A DNA stretch of 64,000 nt from Eledone cirrhosa (Eukaryota). Under the pieces are notes generated by a model that saw only the letters and a program-made list of their open reading frames with translations, did no database searches and was not told the DNA's origin. Position 1 is the first letter of the stretch. Each line of letters begins with the position of its first letter. Below are positions 38,136 through 51,399 of this stretch, in pieces. The stretch is from the NCBI GenBank assembly GCA_964016885.1, contig OZ024741.1:145390001-145454000 (forward strand), in the 5' to 3' direction. The position numbers were made by a program, and so were the translations under genes.

Positions 38136-38694
38136 AAAAAATGGGGAGAAGAATACTGCATGGTTGCACATGGATAACATGTTATAAAATGAGTCCCTCA
38201 TCAGTGATTTACCAACGGTCATAGGTATTTCATTGCATTAAAAATCATATACCTCACGTTGGCGCAATAATAACTAAAATAAGTTATTAGGACAATTAAA
38301 ACGTGTAAAGCGAGTGAGACAAGTAAACAACACAGAGGAAAGCTAACCGAAGATAGGAAGAGACACAAGCTACATAGTTATTCTATCAGTATAAGCTGGG
38401 TGAATATATGAGCAAGTAGAAAATAGACCTTTCGAGATGAATCCGATGTAAGAAAGAAGGAAAATCGTTAACGTCGCGAACGGGGGGAAGTGAGAAGGGG
38501 AGAAACAGTGAGTGAGTGAGTGGAAGTGTGAGGAAGAAGTCAGTAGAGAGAAAGTGTTAACTGACATGACAGAGGGGACGAAAGAAAGTAAGAGAAACAG
38601 AGAGAATGAGGGAGCAGTAAGAGAGAGAGAGAGAGAAAAACAGAATCGCAGTTTAGGTAAATATATGTGAAAAAATGGGGAGAAGAATACTGCA
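38131..38694 (-). mobile_element. Probable Penelope-like unit with a 30-bp terminal direct repeat
   Basis: ATGTGAAAAAATGGGGAGAAGAATACTGCA at 38131-38160 and 38665-38694. Inserted in (TA)n. CTGATGA on the minus strand at about 38198-38204. Confidence 0.5.
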
Positions 38695-38751
<57 letters not shown>

Positions 38752-38762
38752 TACATATATAT

Positions 38763-38833
38763 ATATTGTTATACTTTGGGAGGGTCATGTTGCCAATTAT
38801 TGGCAACATGACCCTCCCAAAGTATAACAATAT
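38763..38833. repeat. Perfect 35-bp-arm palindrome (Penelope-like fold-back)
   Basis: ATATTGTTATACTTTGGGAGGGTCATGTTGCCAAT-T-ATTGGCAACATGACCCTCCCAAAGTATAACAATAT; same family as the 53742-55250 arms. Confidence 0.92.
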
Positions 38834-38886
38834 CGGTTTCAACACACGATTTCAGATAAAGAATCTTGCTAAACAAATTCAGAAAC

Positions 38887-38950
<64 letters not shown>

Positions 38951-38995
38951 CATATATACATATATACATATATATATACATACACACACATATAT

Positions 38996-39093
38996 ATAGG
39001 AAAGAGAGTCAGGACCCGGATAGCTGAGCTCCAGCCGTTTCGACAGCTAGATCTAGCTGTCAAAATGGTTGGGGTCCTGATTCTCTTCCCTAT
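38996..39093. repeat. Imperfect fold-back hairpin with a 20-bp perfect palindromic centre
   Basis: GACAGCTAGATCTAGCTGTC centre; outer arms ATAGGAAAGAGAGTCAGGACCC/GGGTCCTGATTCTCTTCCCTAT. Confidence 0.85.
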
Positions 39094-39160
39094 TACCCAC
39101 TCTACTACCCTAAGTATCGAGTACTTTGGTGTGCCTGGTATCTGACCACACCTTCTTTGT

Positions 39161-39195
<35 letters not shown>

Positions 39196-39439
39196 TAGTG
39201 GCCATGGCCACTTCATAGAATGGAAAAAAAAAATGTGTGTGTAAGACCATTATATGCCATATCACAAACCTTAAATAAAATAAGTGACTCCAAAAATAAT
39301 GTAATGACATGAACCCAAATCACCTAATCCCCAAACCACTATAGATATAAACAAAGACTGTAGAGTCAAATAATTAACTAGTCCTTACTATATTTTTTTA
39401 AATATATGCACACACAAATATATACATATTTATATATAT

Positions 39440-39476
<37 letters not shown>

Positions 39477-39478
<2 letters not shown>

Positions 39479-42400
39479 GCCAAAGATAAAGACAAATTCA
39501 CCTCATGCTGCCGGACGAGAATGCAAGGACTCCTCCTCTTTGTTTCGGCCACGGATGGCTAACATAACCCCATCTCCCTCACACCCTTCCCCCCATGCGC
39601 CTCACCGCTCCCACCCTCCAAACGCAATCCAAAACTTCAGAGTTGGTACCATGAATGTAGGCACCTTAAAGAGTCGCTCTAACGAGGTTGTAGAGATGCT
39701 TGAACGTAAGGAGGTTGATGTTTGTTGTATTCAAGAGATCAGGTGGAGCGGTGGGTCTGCTAGATTCATTGTGGGTAAAGAACGATGCTATAAGCTTTTC
39801 TGGGTGGGAAATGACAATGGGCTGGGTGGAGTAGGAATCATGGTAGCAGAAAAGTAGGCAGATAAGATAATAGACATAAATAGAGTGAACGACAGAATAA
39901 TTAAAATAAGACTTGTACTCAATAGAACTACTGTGACAATAATATCTGCATATGCACCACAATCCGGACTGCCTGGCGTTATAAAAGACAGATTCTATGA
40001 GACGTTAATGCTCACTACCTCCCAAATAACCGACAGTGACTACATAGTTATCGCTGGTGACCTAAATGGTCATGTTGGACAACATTGTGACGGCTATGAC
40101 GGATTCCATGGAGGCTATGGGTTTGGTACTGGAAATGAAGAAGGCTCCAGAATCCTGGAATTCTGTGACACAAATAACCTCACTATCTGTAACACTAACT
40201 TCAAATAACGAGACAATCACTTGATCACCTATAGATCGGGGGAACACACAAGCCAGGTAGATTATATCATTACCAGGAGACGTGACAGAGTGTCTGTTGT
40301 AAACACTAAATCCCTCCCCCATAAAGAATGCACCTCTCAACATAGACTCATAATTAGCGACCTCATAGTCAGGACGAGACGTACTCGACAACAGAAGAGG
40401 ACTATCCTCAGGAGAAAAATATGGAAGTTAAAAGACCCCACAGCCAGTAATATATTTTAAAGCATATTACTTGATGCTTTTGATAGTAAGGAAGAGCAAT
40501 TAGAGTCGTACAATATAGAGGAGCAGTGGGAATTCCTGAAAGCTAAACTGCTGAAGGCGACAGATGAAACTTGTGGCTGGAGCAGACCTATAGGCAGGAG
40601 GAGAGTAACTTGGTGGTGGAACAGTAAGGTGGAGGGGTCAATCAAGGCCAAAAAGCAGGCTTGGAAAGCTGGCGGGATGGGGGAAGTAGAGAAGACTATC
40701 AAGTGGCCAGGAGGGAAGCTAGGAGACAAGTGTATTTCGCAAGAAGGGAAGCAGAAGAAAGAAAGTTCAAGCATGTTCTACAACGCGAGCTCCAAAAACA
40801 TGAGGTGTTCAGGATTGCTAGGCAATGTGTCAAGGAAAACAGTGATATTGTTGGGGAGAAGTGTGTCCTTAATGATGATGGTGTACTTCCCATCACTGAC
40901 GCTGATAAGAAGGTAGCTTGGAAGTGTCACTACGAAAGGCTACTAAATGAGGAGAATAATTGGGAGAAAGACAGTCTCCCCCACATTGACCCAATAGAGG
41001 GACCAGCAGTGCAAGTTGAAGGTAGTATAATAAGTAAGGCGATCAAAGACATGAAGATGGGCAAGGCAGCCGGGCCTTCGGAAATAGTTGCTGAAATGTT
41101 GAAAGCATCTGGAACGGTGGGACACACTATGGTCACCCGGATAGTAAACCAAGTCATACAGAATGGGGTCGTTCCGAAGGACTGGTACAGCAGCATCATC
41201 ATTAACTGCTACAAGGGTAAAGGTGATGCCCTAGATAGGGGAAACTATAGAGGCATTAAATTAATTGACCAGGTCATGAAGGTCACAGAAAAAGTAATAG
41301 CGCAACTAATCAGAGAGCGAATTGATCTAGACGAAATGCAGTTCGGGTTTGTGTCAGGTAAAAGTACAACAGACGCTCTTTTCATTGTACGACAACTACA
41401 GGAGAAGTACCTAGCTAAAAGTAAACCCCTATACTTAGCTTTTGTTGACTTGGAGAAAGCCTTTGACAGAGTACCCCGCTCGATTATCTGGTGGGCCCTT
41501 AGAAAACTAGATGTTGATGAATGGCTTGTGAGAGCTATACAAGCCATGTATAAAGAAACAGTGAGCAAGGTTAGAATTAACAACGAATATAGTGAAGAGT
41601 TTAGCGTAAAAGTTGTTCATCAGGGCTCCGTCCTTAGCCACCTACTATTTATTATTGCCCTTCAGGCTATAACAGAGGAGTTCAAGACCGGCTGCCCATG
41701 GGAACTCCTATATGCAGATGATCTAATGCTCATAGCTGAATCAATGGCTGAACTAGAAAAGAAATTCCAAACATGGAAGCATGGCCTAGAATCAAAAGGC
41801 CTTAAAGTTAACTTGTCTAAGACTAAAGTTCTAGTTTGTAGGAAGGAAAATAGGGCACCGGTCCCATCTGGGAAATGGCCATGCTCAGTGTGTAGGAAAG
41901 GAGTAGGCAGAAACTCCATTTTATGTCCCAAATGCAAAGTATGGGTGCATAAAAGATGTAGTGGGATCACATGTAAGCTAACTAAGAATATAGATTTTAT
42001 ATGTGGCCAGTGCTCTGGTGCAATAAGTAGCAGCAAGTGCCCACAAAATACTAGCTCATTCCATTGCCCAGATGGTTCTGTAGAAATAGTGGATAGCTTC
42101 CTTTACCAGGGTGACAAAATCAGCAGTGGGGAGGGTGCTCCGAAAGTACAGTAGTTAGAGTCAGAATGGGATGGAAAAAGTTCAGAGAGCTTATACCACT
42201 ATTGGCCGCTAAAGGGTTCTCTCTAAAAATAAAAGGCAGGCTGTATGATGCCTGCATACGAACAGCAATGTTACATGGCAGTGAGACCTGGGCATTGTGT
42301 GCAGAGGATATACACAGACTGAAGAGAAACAAAGCTTGCATGCTCTGCTGGATGTGTAATAGTAATATACGTGAACGGCAAAGCATAAACGAACTAAGGG

Positions 42401-43044
42401 CGAAATTAGGAATAAGAGGGATCAGATGTTGTTTACTTGAGAGAAGACTACGTTGGTACGGTCACGTGATGCGCATGAAAGACGACCGCTGTATAAAAAA
42501 AGTGCAGGGCGATAAAAATAGACGGTAGCCACGGAGTAGGCAGATCCAGAAAAACCTGGGACGATTTGATAAATTCCGACCTCACACACTTACACCTCTC
42601 CAAGACAATGTCATTGGACCAAGATCTTTGGCGCTACGCAGTAATACAGAAGACCCGCCTTGCCTAAGTACAAAGTGAAACCTACAGTCAGTAGGCACCT
42701 CTAACAAAATACACCCCCGTCCGACTACCCCGACCCCATCCACACCACCCCTTTAAATGTGAAGTTATGTTGGTACCACAACATCCAGTCCGAAACAAAT
42801 GAGGTCGTGTAGGTGTCACAACAAAAAAAAACACACAGTCCACGCTGTAATGTGGCCGTGTAGGTAACACGGTAAAAACATCCCAGTCCACACTGTAAAC
42901 GTGGTTGGTGTTAGGAAGGGCATCCAGCCGTAGAATACCCGCCAGACAGTCCTATACGAGCAGGACAACCAATCTTGCCTCAAGTGGGAAAACTCCCGTC
43001 CAAACCCATGCAAGCGTGGAAGATGGACGTTAAACAATGATGAT
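39477..43044 (+). mobile_element. Near-full-length RTE LINE (APE endonuclease + RT + PHD-like finger), inactivated
   Basis: APE: FRVGTMNVGTL, CIQEIRW, AYAPQ, GDLNGHVG, QVDYI, SQHRLI. RT: NYRGIKL, QFGF, AFVDLEKAFDRV, QGSVLS, YADD. Stops at about 39857, 40208 and 40460, frameshifts at about 40660, 42130 and 42500. (GAT) tail; (TA)n flanks. Confidence 0.97.
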
Positions 43045-43086
43045 ATATATATATGTGTATATAAATATATATACGTATATAAATAT

Positions 43087-43168
<82 letters not shown>

Positions 43169-43731
43169 AAAAATATGTATAAAGACATTTCTCAAACAAA
43201 TGAAATTAGTAAAAGACAAACAACTTTATTAGAATTATTTTACTTCTTTTTCTCTTTATTCTTTCCTTTTACTGCAGCTCCACACATCTATTCACACATG
43301 TTGATTCTCTTTCTTTAGGTGTGTTATTTCCAGTAAATCATCTGAGAAAAGTTGTGATATAAGAACTGAACAGGGGGAGAGACATGACAAAAGGATGAAA
43401 GTAGCAATCTAGAAATTATCTCTGACAAGCAAATGTGGTTTGTAGGTGTAGTAGAATCCGTTATATTGAGTTTTGTGTAAGAGAGCAAACCCCAACAGTT
43501 TCACCAGTGTCTGCATATATCTTTGTTTTATTGCTTTACTAACTCATACCTCAAAGCTTGAAGCTCTTTAACTTTACTTCCTGTATCAGCTATACTATCA
43601 CGTAGAATCAATAAATTCTTCATTTGATATGATGGAAACATTGTTATGTCAGTTGAAGAAAGAAACCTTATTACATTAGATATCAAATAATGTTTGTCAA
43701 TATTTTGTAATGCAAGATGGTTTGAGTTGAT

Positions 43732-43770
<39 letters not shown>

Positions 43771-44207
43771 TCTTTTTGTTTTAGACGAGGGAGAGAGTAA
43801 GAGAGAGTGAGAAAGAGAGATTAACTGACACAGTATTGAATAAAAATCAAAGTGAATTATGTTTGTCTTGATCCAATCTAGGTGATATCATAGGTTGTTA
43901 TTCCATCCCTTCATTATACACTGGATAAAGCAATTGTGTGTAATTCTTAATTAAATCAATCAAAAGTTAGTGCCATACTAAAATGATATTTCTTACATGT
44001 TGAACCAATTACCAAAGCTCATCAAGATTCCAGTCATGAACTACTATTGGTAATCAGTTTTCTTCATGGGTTACAGTTGAGAATGTCTTGTAATATATAG
44101 ATTCAATATTGGTGCAACTGAATGGATCAATTCCTTGCCAACCTATCAGTAAGATATACTGTCTATTTAAGGAATATCAGCTATTCTTCAAAAAAGCTAA
44201 ACATTAA

Positions 44208-44462
44208 CCCTTTTGTTACTGTATTTCTAAGAAAAATACACTGCCTACATGTTTCAGTTAATTTTGGAAATAATGAAAACTTTGGTGGAATTTAAGGAAA
44301 TTACTAACTTTTTCATTAATAATCTTTTAATGTTTGGAACATTGCTTAACAAATATTTCATAAAATTATGATGGAAGATTTAGTTAAAGTATGAACATAT
44401 TAAAATGATCAAACTGGTATCATAAATCCTAGGCAATTTCAGGTGGGTTGGTAACAAATTGG
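44208..44462. mobile_element. piggyBac-like MITE
   Basis: TTAA|CCCTTTTGTTAC ... GTAACAAATTGG|TTAA. Related ends at about 847, 7835-7851, 30986, 45295-45312 and 45680-45698. Confidence 0.65.
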
Positions 44463-46349
44463 TTAAAGTTAAAATTCCCTAATTTCCTGGATTTTGTATG
44501 GATTCTGTTTCATTCTCCATTTCCTTGGAAAGAAATATCATTTGCTAATTTGAATATCTATTGCTATATTAAGTTTGCTTAATAATCAGAAATTCTTTAG
44601 ACTAGAAAGTTTAAAAATAAACAGCTTGTCAGTTCATATAAAAGTACTCTTAGATTAGAATAACTTCTGTTGAGGCATTAGTTTTGATAGTTTAGACATG
44701 GCTTGAAGAAAAAATCACCATAGATTTCATATTTATAATTCGATAAAACTATGGATTGAATTTATTTTCACAACACTGTCTACATATGTTTATATGTATA
44801 TTTATATTCCCTGATTGTCATTAATTGTGAGAAGTATCTAAAAGATGTGTGTCAGGAATGGTATTTAGCTATAAAATATTGCTTCAAAATGTCTCATCCA
44901 ACCAATGCTGGCATGGAAAAGTCAGTGTAATATCAATGACGATGATGATGATGACGGTGGTTCAGAAATACATGGTAATTGTAGCTAGCTGATTTAATTG
45001 TTGGACTGTCAACTAAAGTGCCCTTTGACCTGTACTCTGATATAATCCTTCAAATGTTAAATTTAAATAAATACCAAAACCTTTTCTTACCATACTTCCA
45101 AGAAAAGACACTGCCTATAAATAATCTGGAATTTGGAGGGATTTAGTAATATAATTATCTTTCTCATTTTTAAGCTGATGTTTGGATCATAAAGATTCTT
45201 ACATATAACTATGGTGAAAGGATTTTGGATAAATATAAACCCTTTAAAATAAACAGATCTGTATTGTAGAATAAGGAACATTTTCAGGTGGTTTTGGTAA
45301 CAAAAGGGTCAAGCATTTACAATCCACCGAGGCAAAATGCTTGATTATATTATTATTGTTATATAATTGATAAATCTTGGTATGACAAGAGTTTGGGGTA
45401 CCTGCAATTTATAGTTAAATCCTTTCTGTTTGATGGTTAGAAAAGGAATAGACTCACTTATCCATTCCAATACTAACCTGCCTCAAACCACCCACTGGTT
45501 GTATGATGAAGAAGTCCATTTTAAAGTGTTTATATCTAAATTAAAACTTTTCATCATAATGTTATATAAGAACTTCATTGTCAAATTCTTAACACCAATT
45601 TAATGAAAAAGTTATTCTACTAAAACCTTAATTATTTTCAAAATAAATTGAAACACATTCAATGTACTTCATAAGAAATATGGTAATGAAAGTGTTAAGA
45701 TATACATGAAGATGGAGTCATCAGATAGCATCTTCAACAATCCATATTGCTATAGAACAGACACAAGCACACTCAAACTCATACACACACACCACAGCAA
45801 CAACAGAAACAAAAAAACAATCATGATGACAACAACAACAGCAAAAACAGCAGTAACAAATATAAAAGAGGACACATCAAAGAAATACAAAAACAAGTCA
45901 ATCATCCTATTTTTGATGGTGAAGGAAGTGTAGGTGCATACAGCAAAGTAGGGAAAGCAAAGGTTAAAAGCAATAATTTAGTGTTGCCAAATGGTCAGTG
46001 TGATGAGGTCATCTGTCTGACTTCTTGGGTCATTTATAAGATAATATTTATTTTAGTTATATTTTGTGTAAATCTTAAATCATAATGTGTATATGTTTGT
46101 ATAAGTAATTTCATACAATACAAAAATATATATTGGAATATCAACTAATCATTCAAAATTATACATACACTCATACATGTATACACACACCAAATACACA
46201 CAAACACACACAAATAAATAAATACATACGTACATGAGTATACAAATATAAAATCTCTCGCTCTGTTTCTCTCACACATATACAAATGTATATATAAATA
46301 GGTATGTGTGCCAGTATAAATCATTTTATATATGGCAACACAAAGAAAC

Positions 46350-47200
46350 TCAGAATAAATTTAGCAAAGACTAAAGTCTTAGTATGTCAGAAAGAAAACA
46401 AGACCTTGTTGTCATCAGGAAAATGGCTATGCTTGATCTATAAAAAAGGAGTTCCATTCAGTGTAAACTTTGGCAACACAGGAGGTGTAATGGGAATGCT
46501 GGTAAGCTAACAGAGAAGATATTCTTTGTATGAGACAAATTCTCAGAAGTAGTTAGCAGCCAGATGCAGTAAAACTAAATTTTACCAATATGCAGAAAGT
46601 GCCATAGAAATAGTTGATAGGTTTTGTGACTCAGCTGATTTAATCACCAAAAGATGAGTGTGTCCTGAAAGCATATTAGATAGAGTAAAAACAGAATAGA
46701 AAATGTTCAGAAAGTTATTACTCCTTAAGAACAGGGTGAAAACAGTTCTGCTGTGTACATAGTAAAAAGGTTTCATGGTTGTAAGGTATGAATTTTGGAT
46801 GCAGAGAATGTGTGAAGGATGGAAACAAAGTGAACATGCTCTGCTGGATGTGTATTGTTAGTGCATATGGACAACAAAGCAGAGAGGAGTTGAGAAAAAA
46901 AGAGTGGAATCAAATGTAGTGTGCATAAGAGAAGACAGTACTGGTATGGATATGGAATGTGTATGGATGATGATAGTAAAGAGGCATCAGAATTTCCAGG
47001 TGGAAGGAAGTTGTAGAAAAGGAAGACCAAGGAAGGTATGGGGCAGAAGTGGCGAAACTGATCTAAGGATCAGTTTTTATCATTTCTGTACTATATTTTC
47101 ACAAAGGAAATGACAAAGAAATTCAACAAATGATGTGACACACTTTTTGAAAGGACTCATTCAACCCAAGCTAGCATGGAAAACAGGAAATAAAGATGAT
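46350..47200 (+). mobile_element. Old, highly diverged RTE LINE
   Basis: LRINLAKTKVLVC..SSGKWLC; RKGRPRKVW; RTE tail CCAAGCTAGCATGGAAAA..GATGAT. Confidence 0.75.
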
Positions 47201-47207
47201 TATATAT

Positions 47208-49102
47208 CATTGTCGATTGCTATAAGGGTAAAGGAGATGCACTAGATAGAGGTAACTATAGAGGTATAAAACTGATGGACCAGATAATGAAAGTAACAGA
47301 AAGAGTCATAGCAGAGTTGATTAGGGACAGAGTAAATTTAGATGAGATGCAATTTGGATTTGTGCCAGGCAAAATGATGTCTTCTTCCTTGTGAGGCAGT
47401 TACAGGAAAAGTACCTAGCTAAAAGTAAGCTTCTCTACCTAGCATAGCATTTGTTGATCTGGAGAAAGCTTTCAACAGAGTGCCCCATGACATAATTTGG
47501 TGGGTTCTTAAAAAAACTGGAGTAGATGAGTGGCTTGTGAAGGCTGTACAAGCCATGTATAGAGGAGCAGTTAGCAAAGTCAGGATTAACAATGACTATA
47601 GCGAGGAATTTAGCATACAAGTTGGCTTCCATAGCCTTCTGTTCATAGCCCGCTCCTGTTTATTATCCTTTTGCAGGCTATAACAGAGGCATTTAAGACC
47701 GGCTGCCCATGGGAACTTCTGTACGCAGATGATCTTACGCTCATAGATGAATCTATGGTTGAACTAGAGAAGAAATTCCAAACATGGAAGCAGGGCCTAG
47801 AAAGAAGGGGTCTTAAAGTAAACCTGACAAAGACTAAGGTCCTAGTAAGTGGAAGAGCAAACAACCCAGATCCCCTCAGGGAAATGGCCTTGCTCAGTAT
47901 GTAGGAAAGGCATTGGTAGAAACTCCAACCTCTGCCCCGTATGCAAACTGTGGGTAAACAAGAGATGTAGTGGGATCCCAGGAAGTTTAGCTAAGAATGT
48001 AGGCTTTACATGTAGCTGTTGCACTGCAACAGTAAGCAGAAAACGACCGCAGGAAACAAGCTTTACCAAATTCTTGGAGGGCTTTGTAGAAACAATAGAC
48101 AGCTTCTGCTACTTAGGTGACAGAATTAGCAGCGGTGGTGGGTGTTCTGAAATTACAGTAGCCAGAGTAAGAATGGAATGGAAGAAATTCAGGAAGCTAC
48201 TACCACTGCTGGCTACAAAAGGCTTCTCCCTTAGAATGAAAGGCAGATTGTATGATGTGTGCGTATGAACAGCTATGTTGCATGGTAGTGAGACTTGGGC
48301 GCTGTGTGCAGAAGACTTGCATAGAGTGGAAAAAAATGAAGCCTGCATGCTCTGATGGATGTGTAATAATAATATATGGTGAAGCATAAATGAACTGAAA
48401 GAGAAATTAGGCATAAGAGGAATCAAATGCTGTGTGTAGGTGAGGAGATTGTGTTGGTATGGACATGTGTTGTGTATGAAGGATGACAGCTGCATAAAAA
48501 AGTGCTGAGCGCTCAAAATCATTGGAAGCCTTGGGGTGGGGTGGGGAGACCCAGGAAGACTTGGGATGAGGTGATAAAAGCCAATCTTACCCAATTGCAC
48601 CTCTCAAAGGCGATATCACATGACCGGGATCTCTGGTGATACGCAGTAATACAGAAGACCCGACTTCCCATGAGCACAAGCTGAAGCATATATACAGTAT
48701 ATATACAATATCCCATTCACACCCCCACCCATGCTAGCATGGAAAATGGACGTAAAGATGGAGGCGATGATATGTGCGTATATACACAAATATGTATATA
48801 TAGATCATGTGTGTATATATGTATATAACATCTAACCCACACTGTAAAGTGACCGTGTAGGTGTCACGACAAAAAGCACCCAACCCACACTGTAAAGTGG
48901 ATGTGTAAAAGACATGGCAAAAAATGCACCCAGCACACACTGTCAATGTGGTTGGCATTAGGAAGGGCATCCAGCCATAGAAAATCAGCCAGAAAGACTC
49001 CTATATGAGCGAGACATGGTCACCTGACCCGACTTGCCACTAAATGGGACCCATCTAACCCATGCTAGCGTGGAAGATAGACGTTAATCGATGATGATGA
49101 TA
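47208..49102 (+). mobile_element. Diverged RTE LINE plus downstream SINE-like 3' module
   Basis: YKGKGDALDRGNYRGIKL..YADDL..WPCSVC..DSFCYLG. First tail at about 48730-48770; a second module with its own tail at 48830-49102. Confidence 0.88.
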
Positions 49103-49107
49103 ATGAA

Positions 49108-49950
49108 TATATATAAATAAGAATTGAATTGTGTCCGTGTGTCTGTCCACTGTCAATCCACATGGAAGTGGGATGGTGAAAATTCTACTATGAAAAATAA
49201 AATCAAACAGCGTTTCAACTCTGTGTGAGTATATGTGTATATGTGTGTGAATATATGTGTGTGTCCATTTTACACACACATACATTCACACACATACACA
49301 CATACACTCACACAGAGTTGAAACGCTGTTTGATTTTTTTTTTCTTTGTAGAATTTTCACCATCCCACTTCCATGTGGATTGACAGTGGACTGACAGTGG
49401 ACTGACAATGGACTGACAATGGACTGACAATGGACTGACAATGGACTGACAATGGACTGACAGTAGACTGATAGTGAACTGACAGTGGACTGACAGTGGA
49501 CTGACAATGGACTGACAGTGGACTGACAGTGGACTGACAGTGGACTGACAGTGGACTGACAATGGACTGACAATGGACTGACAATGGACTGACAGTAGAC
49601 TGATAGTGAACTGACAGTGGACTGACAGTGGACTGACAATGGACTGACAATGGACTGACAGTAGACTGATAGTGAACTGACAGTGGACTGACAGTGGACT
49701 GACAATGGACTGACAGTGGACTGACAGTGGACTGACAGTAGACTGATAGTGAACTGACAGTGGACTGACAGTGGACTGACAATGGACTGACAGTGGACTG
49801 ACAGTGGACTGACAGTGGACTGACAATGGACTGACAATGGACTGACAATGGACTGACAATGGACTGACAGTAGACTGATAGTGAACTGACAGTGGACTGA
49901 CAGTGGACTGATAGTGGACTGACACGATTCAACTTTTATTTTTATATATA
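49108..49950. mobile_element. Fold-back element whose right arm contains an 11-bp minisatellite
   Basis: Arms 49146-49263 and 49271-49391 are inverted. The outer ends (49108-49135 and 49921-49950) are also inverted. The termini resemble Helitron-type 5' ends. Confidence 0.75.
49380..49924. repeat. 11-bp tandem array CTGACA(G/A)TGGA, about 50 units
   Basis: Directly visible. The recurrent variant doublet CTGACAGTAGA-CTGATAGTGAA occurs five times. Confidence 0.97.
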
Positions 49951-50071
49951 TATATATATATATACTTTCGGTAATCATTGATGCAATTCAATTCAAGCAC
50001 TTGACGTACCTTTTCCAAATAGGATGATGGAGTATATTTAGAATAAGAAAATGCAAAGTAGTTGTAGATGT

Positions 50072-50103
<32 letters not shown>

Positions 50104-50348
50104 CACACATTTGTTCATTATATACATATATATATATACATATATATCATCATCATTATTTAATATATGTTTTCTCTGCCAGCAAGAGCTGGAAGGGTTT
50201 TTACAGACCAAATCAGTACACAAGCAGGGCTGCTAACCTAAAAGATTGACTTGGAGCCTACATATAAATACATATTATGAATTATCAAAGCACTAGGAGT
50301 GTTTGAAATTTGAAAATGCGAGAGTCCCAAATGCAGAAAATCACTGTA

Positions 50349-50535
50349 ATAATTGTTTCTACTTTTGGCACAAGGCCAGCAATTATCTCAGTACATTACT
50401 GGTACTTTATTTTATCGACCCCGTAAGGATGAAAGGTAAAGTTAACCTTGACGGGATTTGAACTCAGACCCTAAAGGGCCGTAACTCCTTACTGCATAGC
50501 ATGGCATCCGACTCTCTACCGATACTGCCAATACA
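50349..50535 (-). mobile_element. tRNA-derived SINE (family A)
   Basis: Reverse-complement match to 11909-12102. Confidence 0.85.
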
Positions 50536-51399
50536 ATAGTTGATTGCTATACATCATAGTTGAGAAAACTCGATAAATTACCCTAGCAGATAGAAATGTG
50601 TGAACAGAGGTAACTCTGTCCACACTTTTCTGTTTAAGGGTAAATTATGCAATTTTCTCAACTACTATCTATAGTTATCAACAATTATTACAGTGATTTT
50701 TCTGTATTTGAGTCCCCCCCACCACCACATATATATATTTATATATATATATATGATTGTGTCTGTACTGTGTTTATGTCAGTATCTATGTCTGATAGCA
50801 TTCTAAAAAAAGGGAACTTTGAAAAAAAGTCTGACAATGAAATGAATACATTCTACAGACAGAGAGAAATGTTGTAGTTCCCCTCGTTTTGTCTCTCAAC
50901 AGAATATATGAATGTGTGTGTATTTGTATGTGTGAGCGTGCGTGTGTGTATGTGTGTAGTTCCTCACCTCACTAGTGTCAAGAGAAATCAAAAAATTGCC
51001 TAGAGATAGCTAGTTGAGTTTATAAATTGTAGCAAGATGGCATCCCCAGAATATATTAATAGTGCCAGTTATTGGTAGACTGGTGAGAAATAGACTGTAT
51101 GCTATAAAGAATGCTTTAAATCGATATAGTGTTCTGAAGAAGTAAACGTAAAAGTAAAAAGCAGTGTCTATAAGAAATGATACAACATTGCCCCTTATCT
51201 TATTAATACATCATGTGAATGCTTGACTTCATCTTCCTTCTATGTTCTCTCGGAAAAATAAGTTTAGCGGAAGATAGTCTAACACAAAGAGAAACTCTTT
51301 GAATATTTTACTAACCTTAGTTATCTTTATTTATTTTTTTGTAATGTTGTCTTTTCTTTACTTTTTTGTAGTTGAAATATGTTTAATAAGATTCTTTCG

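Noticed and set aside
38150-38210. Minus-strand CTGATGAGGGA..TCC as a hammerhead
   Set aside because: No GAAA in register and no stem I; too degenerate to call.
40661-42154. 497-aa RT ORF as a functional or domesticated gene
   Set aside because: It is a frameshift-bounded segment of a decayed LINE with a deletion in the GVHQG motif (VKVVHQG).
43319-43412. Polypyrimidine tract plus AG followed by a short open frame
   Set aside because: No homology recognised and no convincing donor site.
49286-49978. Repetitive ORFs in all three minus frames (SVHCQSTVSPL); superficially CRISPR-like array
   Set aside because: An 11-bp tandem repeat without unique spacers. Open frames are a by-product, and the context is eukaryotic with no cas genes.
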